Notes under the pieces: generated by a model
What the model saw: only the letters and a program-made list of their open reading frames with translations
The model's database searches: none
Told to the model about the DNA's origin: nothing
In this document: positions 46,335 to 56,718 of the stretch, piece after piece
Position numbering within the stretch: the stretch's first letter is position 1
How the letters are laid out: the number at the start of each line of letters is the position of its first letter
Position numbers and translations under genes: made by a program
Assembly: GCA_964617195.1 (NCBI GenBank)
Contig: CAZTVK010000019.1
Coordinates: forward strand, 144,793 to 208,792
Direction: 5' to 3'
Origin: an uncultured Methanosarcinales archaeon
GTDB taxonomy: Archaea > Nanobdellota > Nanobdellia > Woesearchaeales > ARS49
DNA length: 64,000 nt

Positions 46335-47855
46335 ATGGACATCAAAAAGCTCGCACAAAGCCTGCACCAGTACGAGCGGAGAGTACTCCCAGAGCTCGCA
46401 CAACATCCCTACTTAGAAGACCTAGCAGCAGCCTCAGGACTAAAAGAAGTAGAAGTGATGCGCGCTTTGCAATGGCTTGAAAACAAAAAAGCAGTAATCA
46501 TAAGCACACAACCCCGCGAATCAATATCACTCGACAAAAACGGGCAAGAATACCTAAAAACAGGACTGCCAGAACGAAGATTTCTAACCGCGCTACAAGA
46601 AAAAGAACTACCACTCAGCAAACTCGCAGAAAAAACAAAACTAGCCAGCGAAGAAGTCAACATCTGCCTAGGAATGCTAAGACAAAAAGGCGCAATACTA
46701 ATGCTGAAAGACAAAGAACTCAAAGTCAAAATAACAGAACAAGGAAAAAAAATTCTCAGCTCAGAATTTCCGGAAGAAAAATTCCTAAAAAAACAATTCC
46801 CAATACAGCCAACACAACTCAGCGCGGAAGACAAACTCGCCTTTGAACAGCTCAAAAGAAGAAAACAAATCATCAAAGTAGACATCCACCGCATAAAAAA
46901 AGCAGAACTAACAGACATAGGCAAAAAACTCGTAGCGCTAGGAATAAGAGACGAAAACATAGTAGACACGATAACACCACAAGTCCTAAGAACAGGAGAA
47001 TGGAAAAACAAAACACTCAGACGCTATGACGTAACAATCAACGTGCCTAAGGTTTCCGGAGGAAAAAAACAACCATACAAAGCATTCCTTGACTGGGTAA
47101 GAACAAAATTCATTTCATTAGGCTTCAACGAAATGGACGGGCCACTAGTAGAAACAGACTTCTGGAACATGGACGCATTATACATGCCACAATTCCACAG
47201 CGCACGAGACATCCATGATGCATACTACATCGCAGAGCCGAAATACGGAAAACTAGACGAGAAATTAGTCAAAAAAGTGCAAGCAGCGCACGAGAACGGA
47301 ATACAAGGAAGCACAGGATGGCGCTACCAATTCGACGCGCAAAAAACACACAGGCACATACTCAGAACACAAGGCACAGCATGCTCGGCAAGAATGCTCG
47401 CATCACCAAACCTCAAAATACCAGGAAAATACTTCGGCATAACACGCGTCTTCAGACACGACGTAATAGACGCCACACACCTACCAGACTTCAACCAAAC
47501 AGAAGGAATCATAGTAGAAGAAGGACTGACATTCAGACACCTTGTAGGACTACTCAAAATGTTCGCAAAAGAATTCGCAGACGCGGAAGAAATCAGAATA
47601 GTCCCAGGATATTTCCCATTCACAGAGCCAAGTGCGGAATTATACGCAAAACACCCGCAACTAGGCTGGATAGAACTAGGCGGAGCAGGAATCTTCAGAC
47701 CAGAAGTAGTAACTCCATTACTAGGCAAAAACGTCAGCGTGCTAGCCTGGGGACTAGGCATAGACAGAATAGGAATGTTCAAACTAGGACTAAAAGACAT
47801 CAGACACCTATTCAGCCAAGACCTAGAATTCCTACGCAACACACCGGTGATATAA
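46335..47855 (+). CDS. pheS: phenylalanyl-tRNA synthetase alpha subunit
   Basis: class II motifs; 'GAGIFRPEVV', 'AWGLGIDRIGMF'. Confidence 0.92.
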   Translation: MDIKKLAQSLHQYERRVLPELAQHPYLEDLAAASGLKEVEVMRALQWLENKKAVIISTQPRESISLDKNGQEYLKTGLPERRFLTALQEKELPLSKLAEKTKLASEEVNICLGMLRQKGAILMLKDKELKVKITEQGKKILSSEFPEEKFLKKQFPIQPTQLSAEDKLAFEQLKRRKQIIKVDIHRIKKAELTDIGKKLVALGIRDENIVDTITPQVLRTGEWKNKTLRRYDVTINVPKVSGGKKQPYKAFLDWVRTKFISLGFNEMDGPLVETDFWNMDALYMPQFHSARDIHDAYYIAEPKYGKLDEKLVKKVQAAHENGIQGSTGWRYQFDAQKTHRHILRTQGTACSARMLASPNLKIPGKYFGITRVFRHDVIDATHLPDFNQTEGIIVEEGLTFRHLVGLLKMFAKEFADAEEIRIVPGYFPFTEPSAELYAKHPQLGWIELGGAGIFRPEVVTPLLGKNVSVLAWGLGIDRIGMFKLGLKDIRHLFSQDLEFLRNTPVI

Positions 47856-47856
47856 A

Positions 47857-49485
47857 ATGCCAACAATCACATTCTCACCAGAAGACCTCAACAAACTAAC
47901 AGGCCAAAAACTCGACGAGAAAAAACTAGTTTACCTATTAGACTGCGCAAAAGCAGAACTCGAATCAGCGCTAACAAACGAACTATCCGTCAAGTACAAC
48001 GACACAAACCTGCCCTATTTGTGGAGCGTTGAAGGACTGGCCCGATTATTCAGAGGAATATTAGGAAAACAAAAAGGTATTCCTTCGCTTAAAACAGAAA
48101 AACCAAAAGACAAAGTCGTATACGACAAAAGACTAAATAAAATAAGACCATACATCGCATGCTTCAAAGCTCACGGCAAAAAAATCGATGACTACCTGCT
48201 AAAACAACTCATCCAAATGCAGGAAAAACTAGCAGAAAACTTCGGAAGAAAAAGACAAAAAATCTCAATTGGTATTTATCCGCTAAAATCAATAACGTTT
48301 CCTGTTTATTGCAAAGCGGCATCGCCAGATGAGAAGTTCACACCACTCGACTTCCACCAATCAATGAGCCTAAGACAAGTCCTTGAAAAACACCCAAAAG
48401 GAAAAGAATACGGACACCTGATAAAAAACGAAAGCGTATATCCTGTATTTACAGATTCAAAAAAAGAAATATTGTCATTAATTCCAATCATCAACAGCGA
48501 ACAAACAGGAAAACTACAATCAGGAGATGACAGCCTATTCTTTGACACAACAGGAACAGACGAAGAATCAGTCAATCTAGTAGCAAACATATTCGCCTAT
48601 GCGTTATCAGAAAGAGGATTCAAAATAGAACCAGTCACCATTGAATATTCAGGCAAAAGAACAATTACTCCAACACTCGCCACCAAAAAAGTCAAGCTAA
48701 ACGAAACAGAAATCGAAAAACTACTCGGAATCAAACTCTCTTCAGCCGAAATAAAAAAATCACTCGAACAAATGGGCTACTCGTACAACAAAGGAATCGT
48801 AACAATTCCAAGCTACCGCAACGACATCATGCATTCTGTTGATGTTATTGAAGACATCGCAATAGCATACGGCTACGACAAACTAACACCACTCCCACTA
48901 ACATCCTATACTATCGGAGGAACATTCCCAATACAACAAAAAATAGACACGCAAAGAACACTCTGGACAGGCTTTGGCTACCAAGAAACCATGAGCCCAA
49001 CACTATCCAACAAAGAACTTCTTTATGTCAAGACAAAAGTACCTGATTTTGGAACAGTAGAAATAGAGAACTTCATCTCGCAAACTTACAGCTGCATCCG
49101 CACATGGATATTGCCACAACTGCTGGAAATTTTGTCAAAGAATACACACGTCGACTATCCGCAAAAAATCTTTGAAAATGGATTAATCTCACTCAGAAGC
49201 AAAGAAGTAAACGATGAACACCACATTGCCGCCGCAACCGCACACTCAACAGCAACATTCACAGAAATACGTCAAGCAGCCGAAGCAACACTACGCAACG
49301 CGAACATCAACTACACAATAGAAGAATACGACTTCCCCTGCTTCATACCAGGAAGAGCAGCAAAAATAATGGTCAACAAAAAACAAGTCGGCTTCCTCGG
49401 AGAAATACACCCAGCAGTACTTGAAAGATTCGGGCTCAATGTTCCGGTTGCCGCGTGCGAGATTAATTTAAGCGCACTTTTCTAA
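47857..49485 (+). CDS. pheT: phenylalanyl-tRNA synthetase beta subunit (archaeal)
   Basis: B3/B4 and B5 domains; 542 aa; adjacent to pheS. Confidence 0.9.
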   Translation: MPTITFSPEDLNKLTGQKLDEKKLVYLLDCAKAELESALTNELSVKYNDTNLPYLWSVEGLARLFRGILGKQKGIPSLKTEKPKDKVVYDKRLNKIRPYIACFKAHGKKIDDYLLKQLIQMQEKLAENFGRKRQKISIGIYPLKSITFPVYCKAASPDEKFTPLDFHQSMSLRQVLEKHPKGKEYGHLIKNESVYPVFTDSKKEILSLIPIINSEQTGKLQSGDDSLFFDTTGTDEESVNLVANIFAYALSERGFKIEPVTIEYSGKRTITPTLATKKVKLNETEIEKLLGIKLSSAEIKKSLEQMGYSYNKGIVTIPSYRNDIMHSVDVIEDIAIAYGYDKLTPLPLTSYTIGGTFPIQQKIDTQRTLWTGFGYQETMSPTLSNKELLYVKTKVPDFGTVEIENFISQTYSCIRTWILPQLLEILSKNTHVDYPQKIFENGLISLRSKEVNDEHHIAAATAHSTATFTEIRQAAEATLRNANINYTIEEYDFPCFIPGRAAKIMVNKKQVGFLGEIHPAVLERFGLNVPVAACEINLSALF

Positions 49486-50366
49486 ATAGCCACGAAGAAA
49501 GTTCCCACAACAATCATCAGAATTGCAGTCGCTTTAATCGCAAATGTTCTTCTCGTAAATACTTCCTTCAAAATATTTGGCTTAAATGTGCTCAATAACA
49601 GAGTCAAGATAAGAACGTAAAGTGGCTGCACAGAACCCATAGCGCTTACCAAAGAAACATTTGTCAGCGCAACTGCGGCAGCCCAGAGCAGCCAAGCACA
49701 ATATGTTGCATATTCAGAAAACACAATAAAATGCAAACTCTTCAACGTTTGATAAACATTCGTCCGTGAACGCTTTGAGAAAATAAACAAAGCGAGCAAT
49801 GAAACACCGAGCATTTCAAGTCCGATAACGTTCCAGATAGAAAGATCAAACAATAGGTATTTTGCAATGATACTCACTAGTCCACTTAGCACACACATCA
49901 AAATAATGGCCCAAAATCCCCTGCGCATGATCGGAATGCGCGTAAAACGTTCCATGCCTATAACCACTGCGCCACTAGCCGCCACAACAATTGCAACGTA
50001 TTTCCACCACGGCAAATATTCCTTCAGGATAACTGCAGCGAAAAGGGCAACGAAGACAGGAGTCGCGTACCAAATAGAAATCACGCGCGACACCTCTTCA
50101 AATGAAAGCACGTGAAAATAAACGACATAGCTGATGGCTATTAACACACCCGATAACATGCCGAGCCCAATCTGCATCGATGCAACGTTATCCCACGAAG
50201 AAAAAAACGTGATGAGCACTCCGCCGGGCAGCGCAACAAAACCAATGACTAAGAGTAAACTGCGGTAATCGCGAATTCTTTTTTCAAGCAAAAACTTGTC
50301 AAGAACATTAATCGCGGCAAGTAATGCCGGATACAAAAGCGCGTAAACGATCCAAGATATTGCCAT
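49482..50366 (-). CDS. EamA-like (DMT superfamily) transporter
   Basis: 10 TM with two EamA repeats; start set at internal 'MAISWIV' because longer ORF N-terminus overlaps rpl14e. Confidence 0.65.
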   Translation of the reverse strand: MAISWIVYALLYPALLAAINVLDKFLLEKRIRDYRSLLLVIGFVALPGGVLITFFSSWDNVASMQIGLGMLSGVLIAISYVVYFHVLSFEEVSRVISIWYATPVFVALFAAVILKEYLPWWKYVAIVVAASGAVVIGMERFTRIPIMRRGFWAIILMCVLSGLVSIIAKYLLFDLSIWNVIGLEMLGVSLLALFIFSKRSRTNVYQTLKSLHFIVFSEYATYCAWLLWAAAVALTNVSLVSAMGSVQPLYVLILTLLLSTFKPNILKEVFTRRTFAIKATAILMIVVGTFFVAI

Positions 50367-50391
50367 TCGGCAACAAAGCCATGCAGCGTAT

Positions 50392-50745
50392 TTAAGCCTT
50401 CTTTTCAGCTGGAGCGGCTTTCTTAACAACAGGCTTCTTCGCAACAGGAGCAGGTTTGGCTGGCGCGGCAGCTTTTGCTTTCTGCGCAGGAGCCTTGGCT
50501 TTTGACTTACGCTCAACAATCACAACATCAAGCTCTTTGAAAGCAGAAACAACTTTATCGTGAGACGCGTTTTTATCAATCTTCAACGTCTGCTGCAAAG
50601 GCTCCAAATGAGCCACGTTGCACTTTCTTCGCCTTGTCTGGCCGTCAATCAAAACAGTACTCTTGTTAAGAACGTCAACAACAACACACTTCAAACCAGC
50701 ATCACGGCCGGCGATTTTCACACAAACTCTTCCGACTTCAACCAT
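50392..50745 (-). CDS. rpl14e: 50S ribosomal protein L14e (eL14), KOW, Ala/Lys/Pro-rich tail
   Basis: 'VEVGRVCVKIAGRDAGLKCVVVDV'. Confidence 0.88.
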   Translation of the reverse strand: MVEVGRVCVKIAGRDAGLKCVVVDVLNKSTVLIDGQTRRRKCNVAHLEPLQQTLKIDKNASHDKVVSAFKELDVVIVERKSKAKAPAQKAKAAAPAKPAPVAKKPVVKKAAPAEKKA

Positions 50746-50789
50746 TTTCGTTTCCTCCGCAGGACGTTACCGCAACCCTGCACGAAAAA

Positions 50790-51056
50790 TTAAACTCTCG
50801 CACGCGCAATAATAACACGCCGCGTGCACGCGCTACAAAACATGCCACCAAACGGACGACTAGGCCTTCTAGCACTCCTGGGCAAAGCACGAACTTGAGT
50901 CTTCGTACCACGAGCAACACCAGGCAAGATTGCCTCACACTTAGCGCACTGCGCAGGAGCATTCCTACGCCTACGATAATGCATTTCAGTACTACCGCCT
51001 GGCACCTTAACGAATACCCGACGGAATGTCCTTGAACGATATCTACCTCGTGGCAT
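50790..51056 (-). CDS. rpl34e: 50S ribosomal protein L34e (eL34)
   Basis: 'MPRGRYRSRTFRRVFVKVPGG...CAKCEAILPG...CSACTRR' zinc ribbon. Confidence 0.9.
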   Translation of the reverse strand: MPRGRYRSRTFRRVFVKVPGGSTEMHYRRRRNAPAQCAKCEAILPGVARGTKTQVRALPRSARRPSRPFGGMFCSACTRRVIIARARV

Positions 51057-51079
51057 AACATTCGAGGAATAGGAACCCT

Positions 51080-51775
51080 TTAAAAAGCTTTCGTCGACAG
51101 CCTTCTGAGTTCAGCAGTAGTCAGAACACGCCATTTACCCGGCTTTAAATTGCCCAATTCAATAGAACCAATACGAGTCCTCACAAGTTTTTCAACAGTA
51201 CGGCCAAGCTTTTCAAACAAAAGCCTCACAATATGCTTCCTGCCCTCATGAATCCTCACCACAACTTCCTTGCCAGCAACATCCAAACCCAACAATCTCA
51301 CTTTCCTATCATCAATCACGACACCCCTCTCCAATCTGTCCATCGCTTCATCTGACAACGGCCTATCAAGAACAGCAAAATACTCCTTCAAAACCTCAAA
51401 TTTAGGATGCGTCAACCTATTAGCAAAATCACCATCATTAGTCAATAACAGCAAACCCTCAGTATGCTTGTCCAGCCTGCCAACAGGAAAAACTCGTTCA
51501 GGAACCCTCACCAAATCCATAACAGTCTTCATCCCATGATGCTCGCTGACAGTCGTTACGAACCACTTCGGCTTGTTCAACATGATGTAAACTTTCTTCT
51601 CAACAGAAACAGGCCTGCCATTAACAACAATTTTATCCTTTTCAGGATCAGCCTTCTGACCAATAACTGCAACCTTGCCATTAACCCGAACACGACCATT
51701 CACAATAAAATTCTCAGCCTTACGCCTGCTAGCAATACCAGCCTGCGCGAGAATCTTTTGAATACGCTGCTCCAT
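51080..51775 (-). CDS. pseudouridine synthase, RsuA/RluB family (S4 domain + catalytic domain)
   Basis: S4 'RIQKILAQAGIASRRKAENFIVNGRVRVNG'; catalytic 'PVGRLDKHTEGLLLLTNDG'. Confidence 0.88.
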   Translation of the reverse strand: MEQRIQKILAQAGIASRRKAENFIVNGRVRVNGKVAVIGQKADPEKDKIVVNGRPVSVEKKVYIMLNKPKWFVTTVSEHHGMKTVMDLVRVPERVFPVGRLDKHTEGLLLLTNDGDFANRLTHPKFEVLKEYFAVLDRPLSDEAMDRLERGVVIDDRKVRLLGLDVAGKEVVVRIHEGRKHIVRLLFEKLGRTVEKLVRTRIGSIELGNLKPGKWRVLTTAELRRLSTKAF

Positions 51776-51796
51776 ACTTCCCCCGTCGCAGAAAGT

Positions 51797-51807
51797 CTTT
51801 TAAATAC
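51797..51807. promoter_or_regulatory. single symmetric TATA element 'cttttaaatac' centred between divergent start codons 51775 (-) and 51827 (+)
   Basis: ~25 nt from each ATG, consistent with two leaderless transcripts sharing one TATA box. Confidence 0.4.
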
Positions 51808-51826
51808 TTATCGAGAGCAATTAACC

Positions 51827-52390
51827 ATGATTGACATAGTTTTCCCGAACAAAAACGAAGAAGAATTCATAGAAATGGCAAAACGCCTCGGCATAGGCGG
51901 ACTAATCCTCACATACAAAAACAAAACAGAGTTCTACCAAAAAAAAGCAGACATCCCAATAATCAATGCACTGCATGTTGAACCGAAAAACGTCAGCAAA
52001 GCAAAACAACTAAACGCGCCAAGCATCTGCAACGCAAGCAGAGAAGCAATAGAACGAGGAGCAAATGTCGTCTTCGGATTCGAATTGCTAGAAGAAAAAG
52101 AGCACACGCACTACAGAAGATCAGGACTAAACCAAGTATTATGCAAGCTGGCAACAGACAAAAAAACGGCAATAGGATTCCCGTTCTCAACAATACTGAA
52201 CAGCACAGGACAAAAAAGAGCACAATTGCTAGGCAGAATAATGCAAAACATCACCTTCTGCCAAAAATACAAAACACCAATGAAAATAGCAAGCTTTGCA
52301 ACACAACCATACGAACTGAGAGCACCAGCCGATTTAGCAGCATTCTTCGCACAACTAGGCATGCAAAATCCCTATAGCGCGCTTAAATAG
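51827..52390 (+). CDS. RNase P protein component 3 (Rpp30)-like TIM-barrel protein, short form
   Basis: start at 'MIDIVFPN'; upstream part of ORF overlaps pseudouridine synthase gene; weak resemblance to Rpp30/PHP fold. Confidence 0.4.
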   Translation: MIDIVFPNKNEEEFIEMAKRLGIGGLILTYKNKTEFYQKKADIPIINALHVEPKNVSKAKQLNAPSICNASREAIERGANVVFGFELLEEKEHTHYRRSGLNQVLCKLATDKKTAIGFPFSTILNSTGQKRAQLLGRIMQNITFCQKYKTPMKIASFATQPYELRAPADLAAFFAQLGMQNPYSALK

Positions 52391-52451
52391 CGCCAAGAGG
52401 AAAGTATTTAAACCAATGTTGGTTTTTCCCCTATATAAAAAGAGGGGGATA

Positions 52452-54215
52452 ATGCGGTCGTACACATACATCATAATACTACTACTCAGCGTCTCAGCAC
52501 TAGCGCAAGATGCAATAATAACAGTCTCATTCTCACAAACAGTCCCAAAAAGCACATCCATAGTTCTAAGCACCAGCGCAGTAAGCGGCACTTACGACTT
52601 GGGCAACCCCTTCTTTGTGCAAACACTCACAGTAAGCGCAACCATTCCCTGCTGCACTCCAGGATGGTGGTACGATTCATGGAGATGCTCAATAGGCGGC
52701 GAAGACGCCTACACATACTGCGGATCTGTCAGGCTCTGCGCAGGATATGATGATGACACAATAGTGGACTGCAAGCCACTCGGAAATTTTGCGCCACAGC
52801 AAACCATAACATACAACGTCAACAAAGTCATCCGTACAGTCACTTTTGCATATGGCGACGGACGAACAACTCAGACTGGACAGCAAGTCAACATCAACCA
52901 AATCACCTCAACCGGAGGCGGATTCGCACAAATTCCGCGTTCACTACCATCACTCAGAGGACCAGCACCAATATTCCTAGGACTCGTACGAGAAAAAATA
53001 GTAGTAGGCGACTACACAGGAGACTTCCTCGTCTCCAGCAGCGACCCACGAGCACTCGCATGGTTCCACCCAACAGGAGGAATAAGCGCAGTAGACAGAA
53101 CAACAACACCAAACTTTGATGACGAAATACACGCATGTCTCGACTCAGACGCAAACAAACTATGCGATTACGACGACGAACTGGAATGTGAAGGACAAGA
53201 CAAAGACTGGTACAACGGAGATTGCTGCCACGACGCTCCATTCAACCCGGAATCAGAAACACCTCCAAATGAATGCCAATGGTACGGAACAGAAAACACG
53301 AAGAAAATGGACGCAGTATGCGGAAAAGACGACCAAGGCATATGGAAATGGGCAGCACTAGGAGATATCGGATTAATCAACATACTAAGCGGCAGCTGCC
53401 CAACAATGCAAATAGTCTCAGACGGAACAACATTCTACACGTGCAGCACGGGCAGCCAGACAGTCATTCCAACAGACCTAGTCAAACCACTCACAGAAAA
53501 GATGACGATCTTCGGACACGAATACTTCTGCCAAGGTGAAACCATAATAGAATGCGGAGGAAGCGCACCATACTCACCAACCGCAAAACAAATAGGAGCA
53601 TCAACAACATATGAAAACAAAAAACAATACTGTACAGCACAAGGCAGATGGGTCACAAGCCTTGACAGCGCAGGAAGAGACTCTTGTGTCGCTGCCGGAC
53701 TTCGCTGGACAGGCACGAAGTGTTGCGGAGAAACAGACGACCCACTAGAAACGTATGAAGACCCATACACAGGACAAGGAACAGCAGGAGCCTGCTACAA
53801 CAACCAATTCATCGCATCAGGAAGCTTCTTCTCAGGAACAAAAGACATCATCAACTACAGAGGAAAGTTCGCAATCTGCGAGCCAACAAGACTGCCAGGA
53901 ACAAGCGCAACAACAACAGCGCCAGAATTCACAGGCACAACAATCACGCCAATAGCATACGGACCATGCGGAACACCATTACAACAAGCAATCCTGACAG
54001 GAACTTTACAGCACATAGTCTGCATGCCAAGCGGAGACTGGCAGTTCACAAGCAAAACAGAACCACACCTCGTAAAACAAACAATCTGGATGCCATCAGA
54101 AGTAGAAGACAAAAAAGGATGCTGCCCGGAAAACCAATGCTGGGACGGACAACAATGCAAAGACATCGGATATTACTATGACAAAATCATCGGAAAGGGG
54201 TACAGATGCGAATAA
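52452..54215 (+). CDS. secreted Cys-rich extracellular protein
   Basis: start at 'MRSYTYIIILLLSVSALA' (SD 'gagggggat' upstream, TATA ~52404); ~40 Cys, 'CC' pairs. Confidence 0.6.
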   Translation: MRSYTYIIILLLSVSALAQDAIITVSFSQTVPKSTSIVLSTSAVSGTYDLGNPFFVQTLTVSATIPCCTPGWWYDSWRCSIGGEDAYTYCGSVRLCAGYDDDTIVDCKPLGNFAPQQTITYNVNKVIRTVTFAYGDGRTTQTGQQVNINQITSTGGGFAQIPRSLPSLRGPAPIFLGLVREKIVVGDYTGDFLVSSSDPRALAWFHPTGGISAVDRTTTPNFDDEIHACLDSDANKLCDYDDELECEGQDKDWYNGDCCHDAPFNPESETPPNECQWYGTENTKKMDAVCGKDDQGIWKWAALGDIGLINILSGSCPTMQIVSDGTTFYTCSTGSQTVIPTDLVKPLTEKMTIFGHEYFCQGETIIECGGSAPYSPTAKQIGASTTYENKKQYCTAQGRWVTSLDSAGRDSCVAAGLRWTGTKCCGETDDPLETYEDPYTGQGTAGACYNNQFIASGSFFSGTKDIINYRGKFAICEPTRLPGTSATTTAPEFTGTTITPIAYGPCGTPLQQAILTGTLQHIVCMPSGDWQFTSKTEPHLVKQTIWMPSEVEDKKGCCPENQCWDGQQCKDIGYYYDKIIGKGYRCE

Positions 54216-55327
54216 AAATTCTCATCATAACAGCATTGCTCCTTTCAACACTAGTTGCGGCAGCAGACTGGAAAGAAGTCAATGTTAAGTACACCACTGA
54301 CAGAAAATCAGTAGGATACTGCAAAGACCCAAACCAATGCCTAGTAAGCAACGCGTTCAGCGACAACTGGGACAACCTGCCAGAAAGATACTGGTCAGAA
54401 ACACTCAACCAAAACAAGCCAAAATGCATAACGACTGGGCAGTACATCTCAGACAACTACTGCGACAACGGAATCTGGAGCTCAAGAACAAAATTAATAG
54501 CCGAACACCTGCTCGCGACAGCCCTCAACACAACACCAAACAACTTCTCAATATTCTGCGACACATACAAAACTGTCCTCAACAGGTACGCGTACAGCAC
54601 GGATTATGGAACCGTAACCAGCTACATATCAACACTCTGCATACAACCCGGCAACAAGCGCTCAGACATCTGCGTAAACAACATCTGCGTCATGCGATAC
54701 GGACAAAGCACAGCCTTCGGAATGGCGATCAACACAGACATCAACGGAGCAAAAAGCACGCTACAAGCACTCAACATGAGCCCAAGCGAATGCGACAGTG
54801 CAATAGACAATGACGCAAAGTTCGACCCATGCGGAAACGGACTATGGTACGACCACAACACAAACTCCATAATCTACGCACCAGACGTAGCACTTCTTCC
54901 AGTGCCTACAAGCGTCACAAATGACTTTTTCATGCTACCATACAACAAACTCAAAGACTACGTTTACACAGTAGTCCACAAACCAGACATCGTCAGATAC
55001 AACTACACATTCTTCAACCTGCCACCACAATTCCAACAAGTCTACATGGCAAAAGACGAATTCGACTTTTTCTACTCATTCAGACAAAAAAACGTCACAC
55101 TAGCACAAATCACATACGCGGGATGGTACCTATCAAACATCAAACTACCTGACGACACGTGCAGCAGAATAATCAAAAGATACGACAGCTGGGCAAACTG
55201 CGAAGAACAACCAAACCCATCAGAATTCTACATCGCAGCACACAGAACCCCGCCAACAAAAACAGACCAAAGAGCAAGCATAGTCGACGCGTGGGAAGAA
55301 ATGGAAAAAATCAGGGTGAGCCCGTGA
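54206..55327 (+). CDS. secreted Cys-containing extracellular protein
   Basis: Sec signal 'ILIITALLLSTLVAAADW'; overlaps previous gene by 10 nt. Confidence 0.6.
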   Translation: MRIKILIITALLLSTLVAAADWKEVNVKYTTDRKSVGYCKDPNQCLVSNAFSDNWDNLPERYWSETLNQNKPKCITTGQYISDNYCDNGIWSSRTKLIAEHLLATALNTTPNNFSIFCDTYKTVLNRYAYSTDYGTVTSYISTLCIQPGNKRSDICVNNICVMRYGQSTAFGMAINTDINGAKSTLQALNMSPSECDSAIDNDAKFDPCGNGLWYDHNTNSIIYAPDVALLPVPTSVTNDFFMLPYNKLKDYVYTVVHKPDIVRYNYTFFNLPPQFQQVYMAKDEFDFFYSFRQKNVTLAQITYAGWYLSNIKLPDDTCSRIIKRYDSWANCEEQPNPSEFYIAAHRTPPTKTDQRASIVDAWEEMEKIRVSP

Positions 55328-56718
55328 AGAAAGCGCAAATCACAATCTTCATCATCATCGGTGCATTAGTCCTCGTAGCATTCGGAATAACATTCTACGT
55401 CGGCTCAAAAATGGGCCAACGCATAGAAACAAAAGAAACCACACAACGCATAGAACAACTCGGCATACAACCAATACAAGACTACATCACAACATGCCTT
55501 TCGCTAGCCACAACAGAAGGACTCTCCCTAATCGGCAGACAAGGAGGAGCCATCTACAAAAAACAAGGAGGACTAACACAAGACCACATTGAAGGCGAAG
55601 GAGAAAAGTACGTCAAGTACACAGACCCAGACTTAGGAATACTAGACGTATCATTCCTAATCCATCCCCCAATGGAAAACGTTGGACAATTAGGATGCCA
55701 GCAAAGCAAAACATGCCTCTTCTACTCAGAACCACCAACCTATCCCTTTGAAGGATTCCCATACCTGCCAGACGGCAGCACACTATTCAACGGATATTAT
55801 GGCATAAGCAAACTCCCACCATTATACAAAATCAGCCAAGACGCAGAACGCAAAAAAGTCGAAGGAAGCATACAAGAAAACCTGGAAACATTCATCGCAA
55901 AAAGAACAACAGACTGCGTGAACTGGAAAACATTCCAAGAAAAAGGATACACAATAACTGCAGGCACTGCAGATGCGTCTTTATTATTCGCAGAAAAAGA
56001 ACAAGTAGAAAAGTTTGTTGCGAGCGGAGCGTTTGGCGAACAACACATAAGCGTAGAACTACTCTGGCCGATAGAAGTCGCCACGCCAGGAGGAGATAAA
56101 ACAATACTCAAAGACTTCGCAATCAAAACACAAGTACGACTCGTCACAATCTATTACACGATCAAAGCAATGATAGACGGAGACGTAACAGACGTATCCT
56201 ACACTCCAGAAAGCAAAGGAGAATTCTCAACCTTAATTTTGCCATACGGCCACAACAGTTTCATCATAACAAAAGACGCGCAAAGCATGGTTGGAAACAA
56301 ACCATTCGAATTCTGGATACCACGCAAGAACAGACGACCAGCAATATGGAAAATAGATACAACACCACTGAAAGGCATCACCCTGCACATCACACCAGAC
56401 GGAACCGGAACACGAATAAAAATCGTGAAAATCAACGACAACGAATCACAAATAGAATTCGAAGACCCATGCCCAACAGAAACACTCCCAATAATCAAAC
56501 TACGAGCATCAGACCCAGATGAAGACCCAGTAAGCTTCGCAGTCCACATTCCGGCAAGCACAAACGATAGAATACCGCAAGACGCAGTAAATTTCGAAAA
56601 GTTCAGCATCACAATATACGCAAAAGACAGAAGCCAACACGACAATAACTGGTTTGACTCAGAAGAAATAATTTTCCAAGACGTACCAATGCAGGTAGGA
56701 ATATGCGAAGTACGATAA
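55324..56718 (+). CDS. extracellular protein with class III (type IV pilin-like) signal peptide
   Basis: GTG start overlapping previous stop (GTGA); N-term 'VKKA|QITIFIIIGALVLVAFGITFYV' = basic n-region, +1 Gln, 21-aa hydrophobic stretch. Confidence 0.5.
   Translation: MKKAQITIFIIIGALVLVAFGITFYVGSKMGQRIETKETTQRIEQLGIQPIQDYITTCLSLATTEGLSLIGRQGGAIYKKQGGLTQDHIEGEGEKYVKYTDPDLGILDVSFLIHPPMENVGQLGCQQSKTCLFYSEPPTYPFEGFPYLPDGSTLFNGYYGISKLPPLYKISQDAERKKVEGSIQENLETFIAKRTTDCVNWKTFQEKGYTITAGTADASLLFAEKEQVEKFVASGAFGEQHISVELLWPIEVATPGGDKTILKDFAIKTQVRLVTIYYTIKAMIDGDVTDVSYTPESKGEFSTLILPYGHNSFIITKDAQSMVGNKPFEFWIPRKNRRPAIWKIDTTPLKGITLHITPDGTGTRIKIVKINDNESQIEFEDPCPTETLPIIKLRASDPDEDPVSFAVHIPASTNDRIPQDAVNFEKFSITIYAKDRSQHDNNWFDSEEIIFQDVPMQVGICEVR

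Noticed and set aside
51464-51826. Upstream 121-codon extension of the Rpp30-like ORF
   Set aside because: It lies entirely inside the pseudouridine synthase gene on the opposite strand. An ATG with a TATA about 25 nt upstream is present at 51827.
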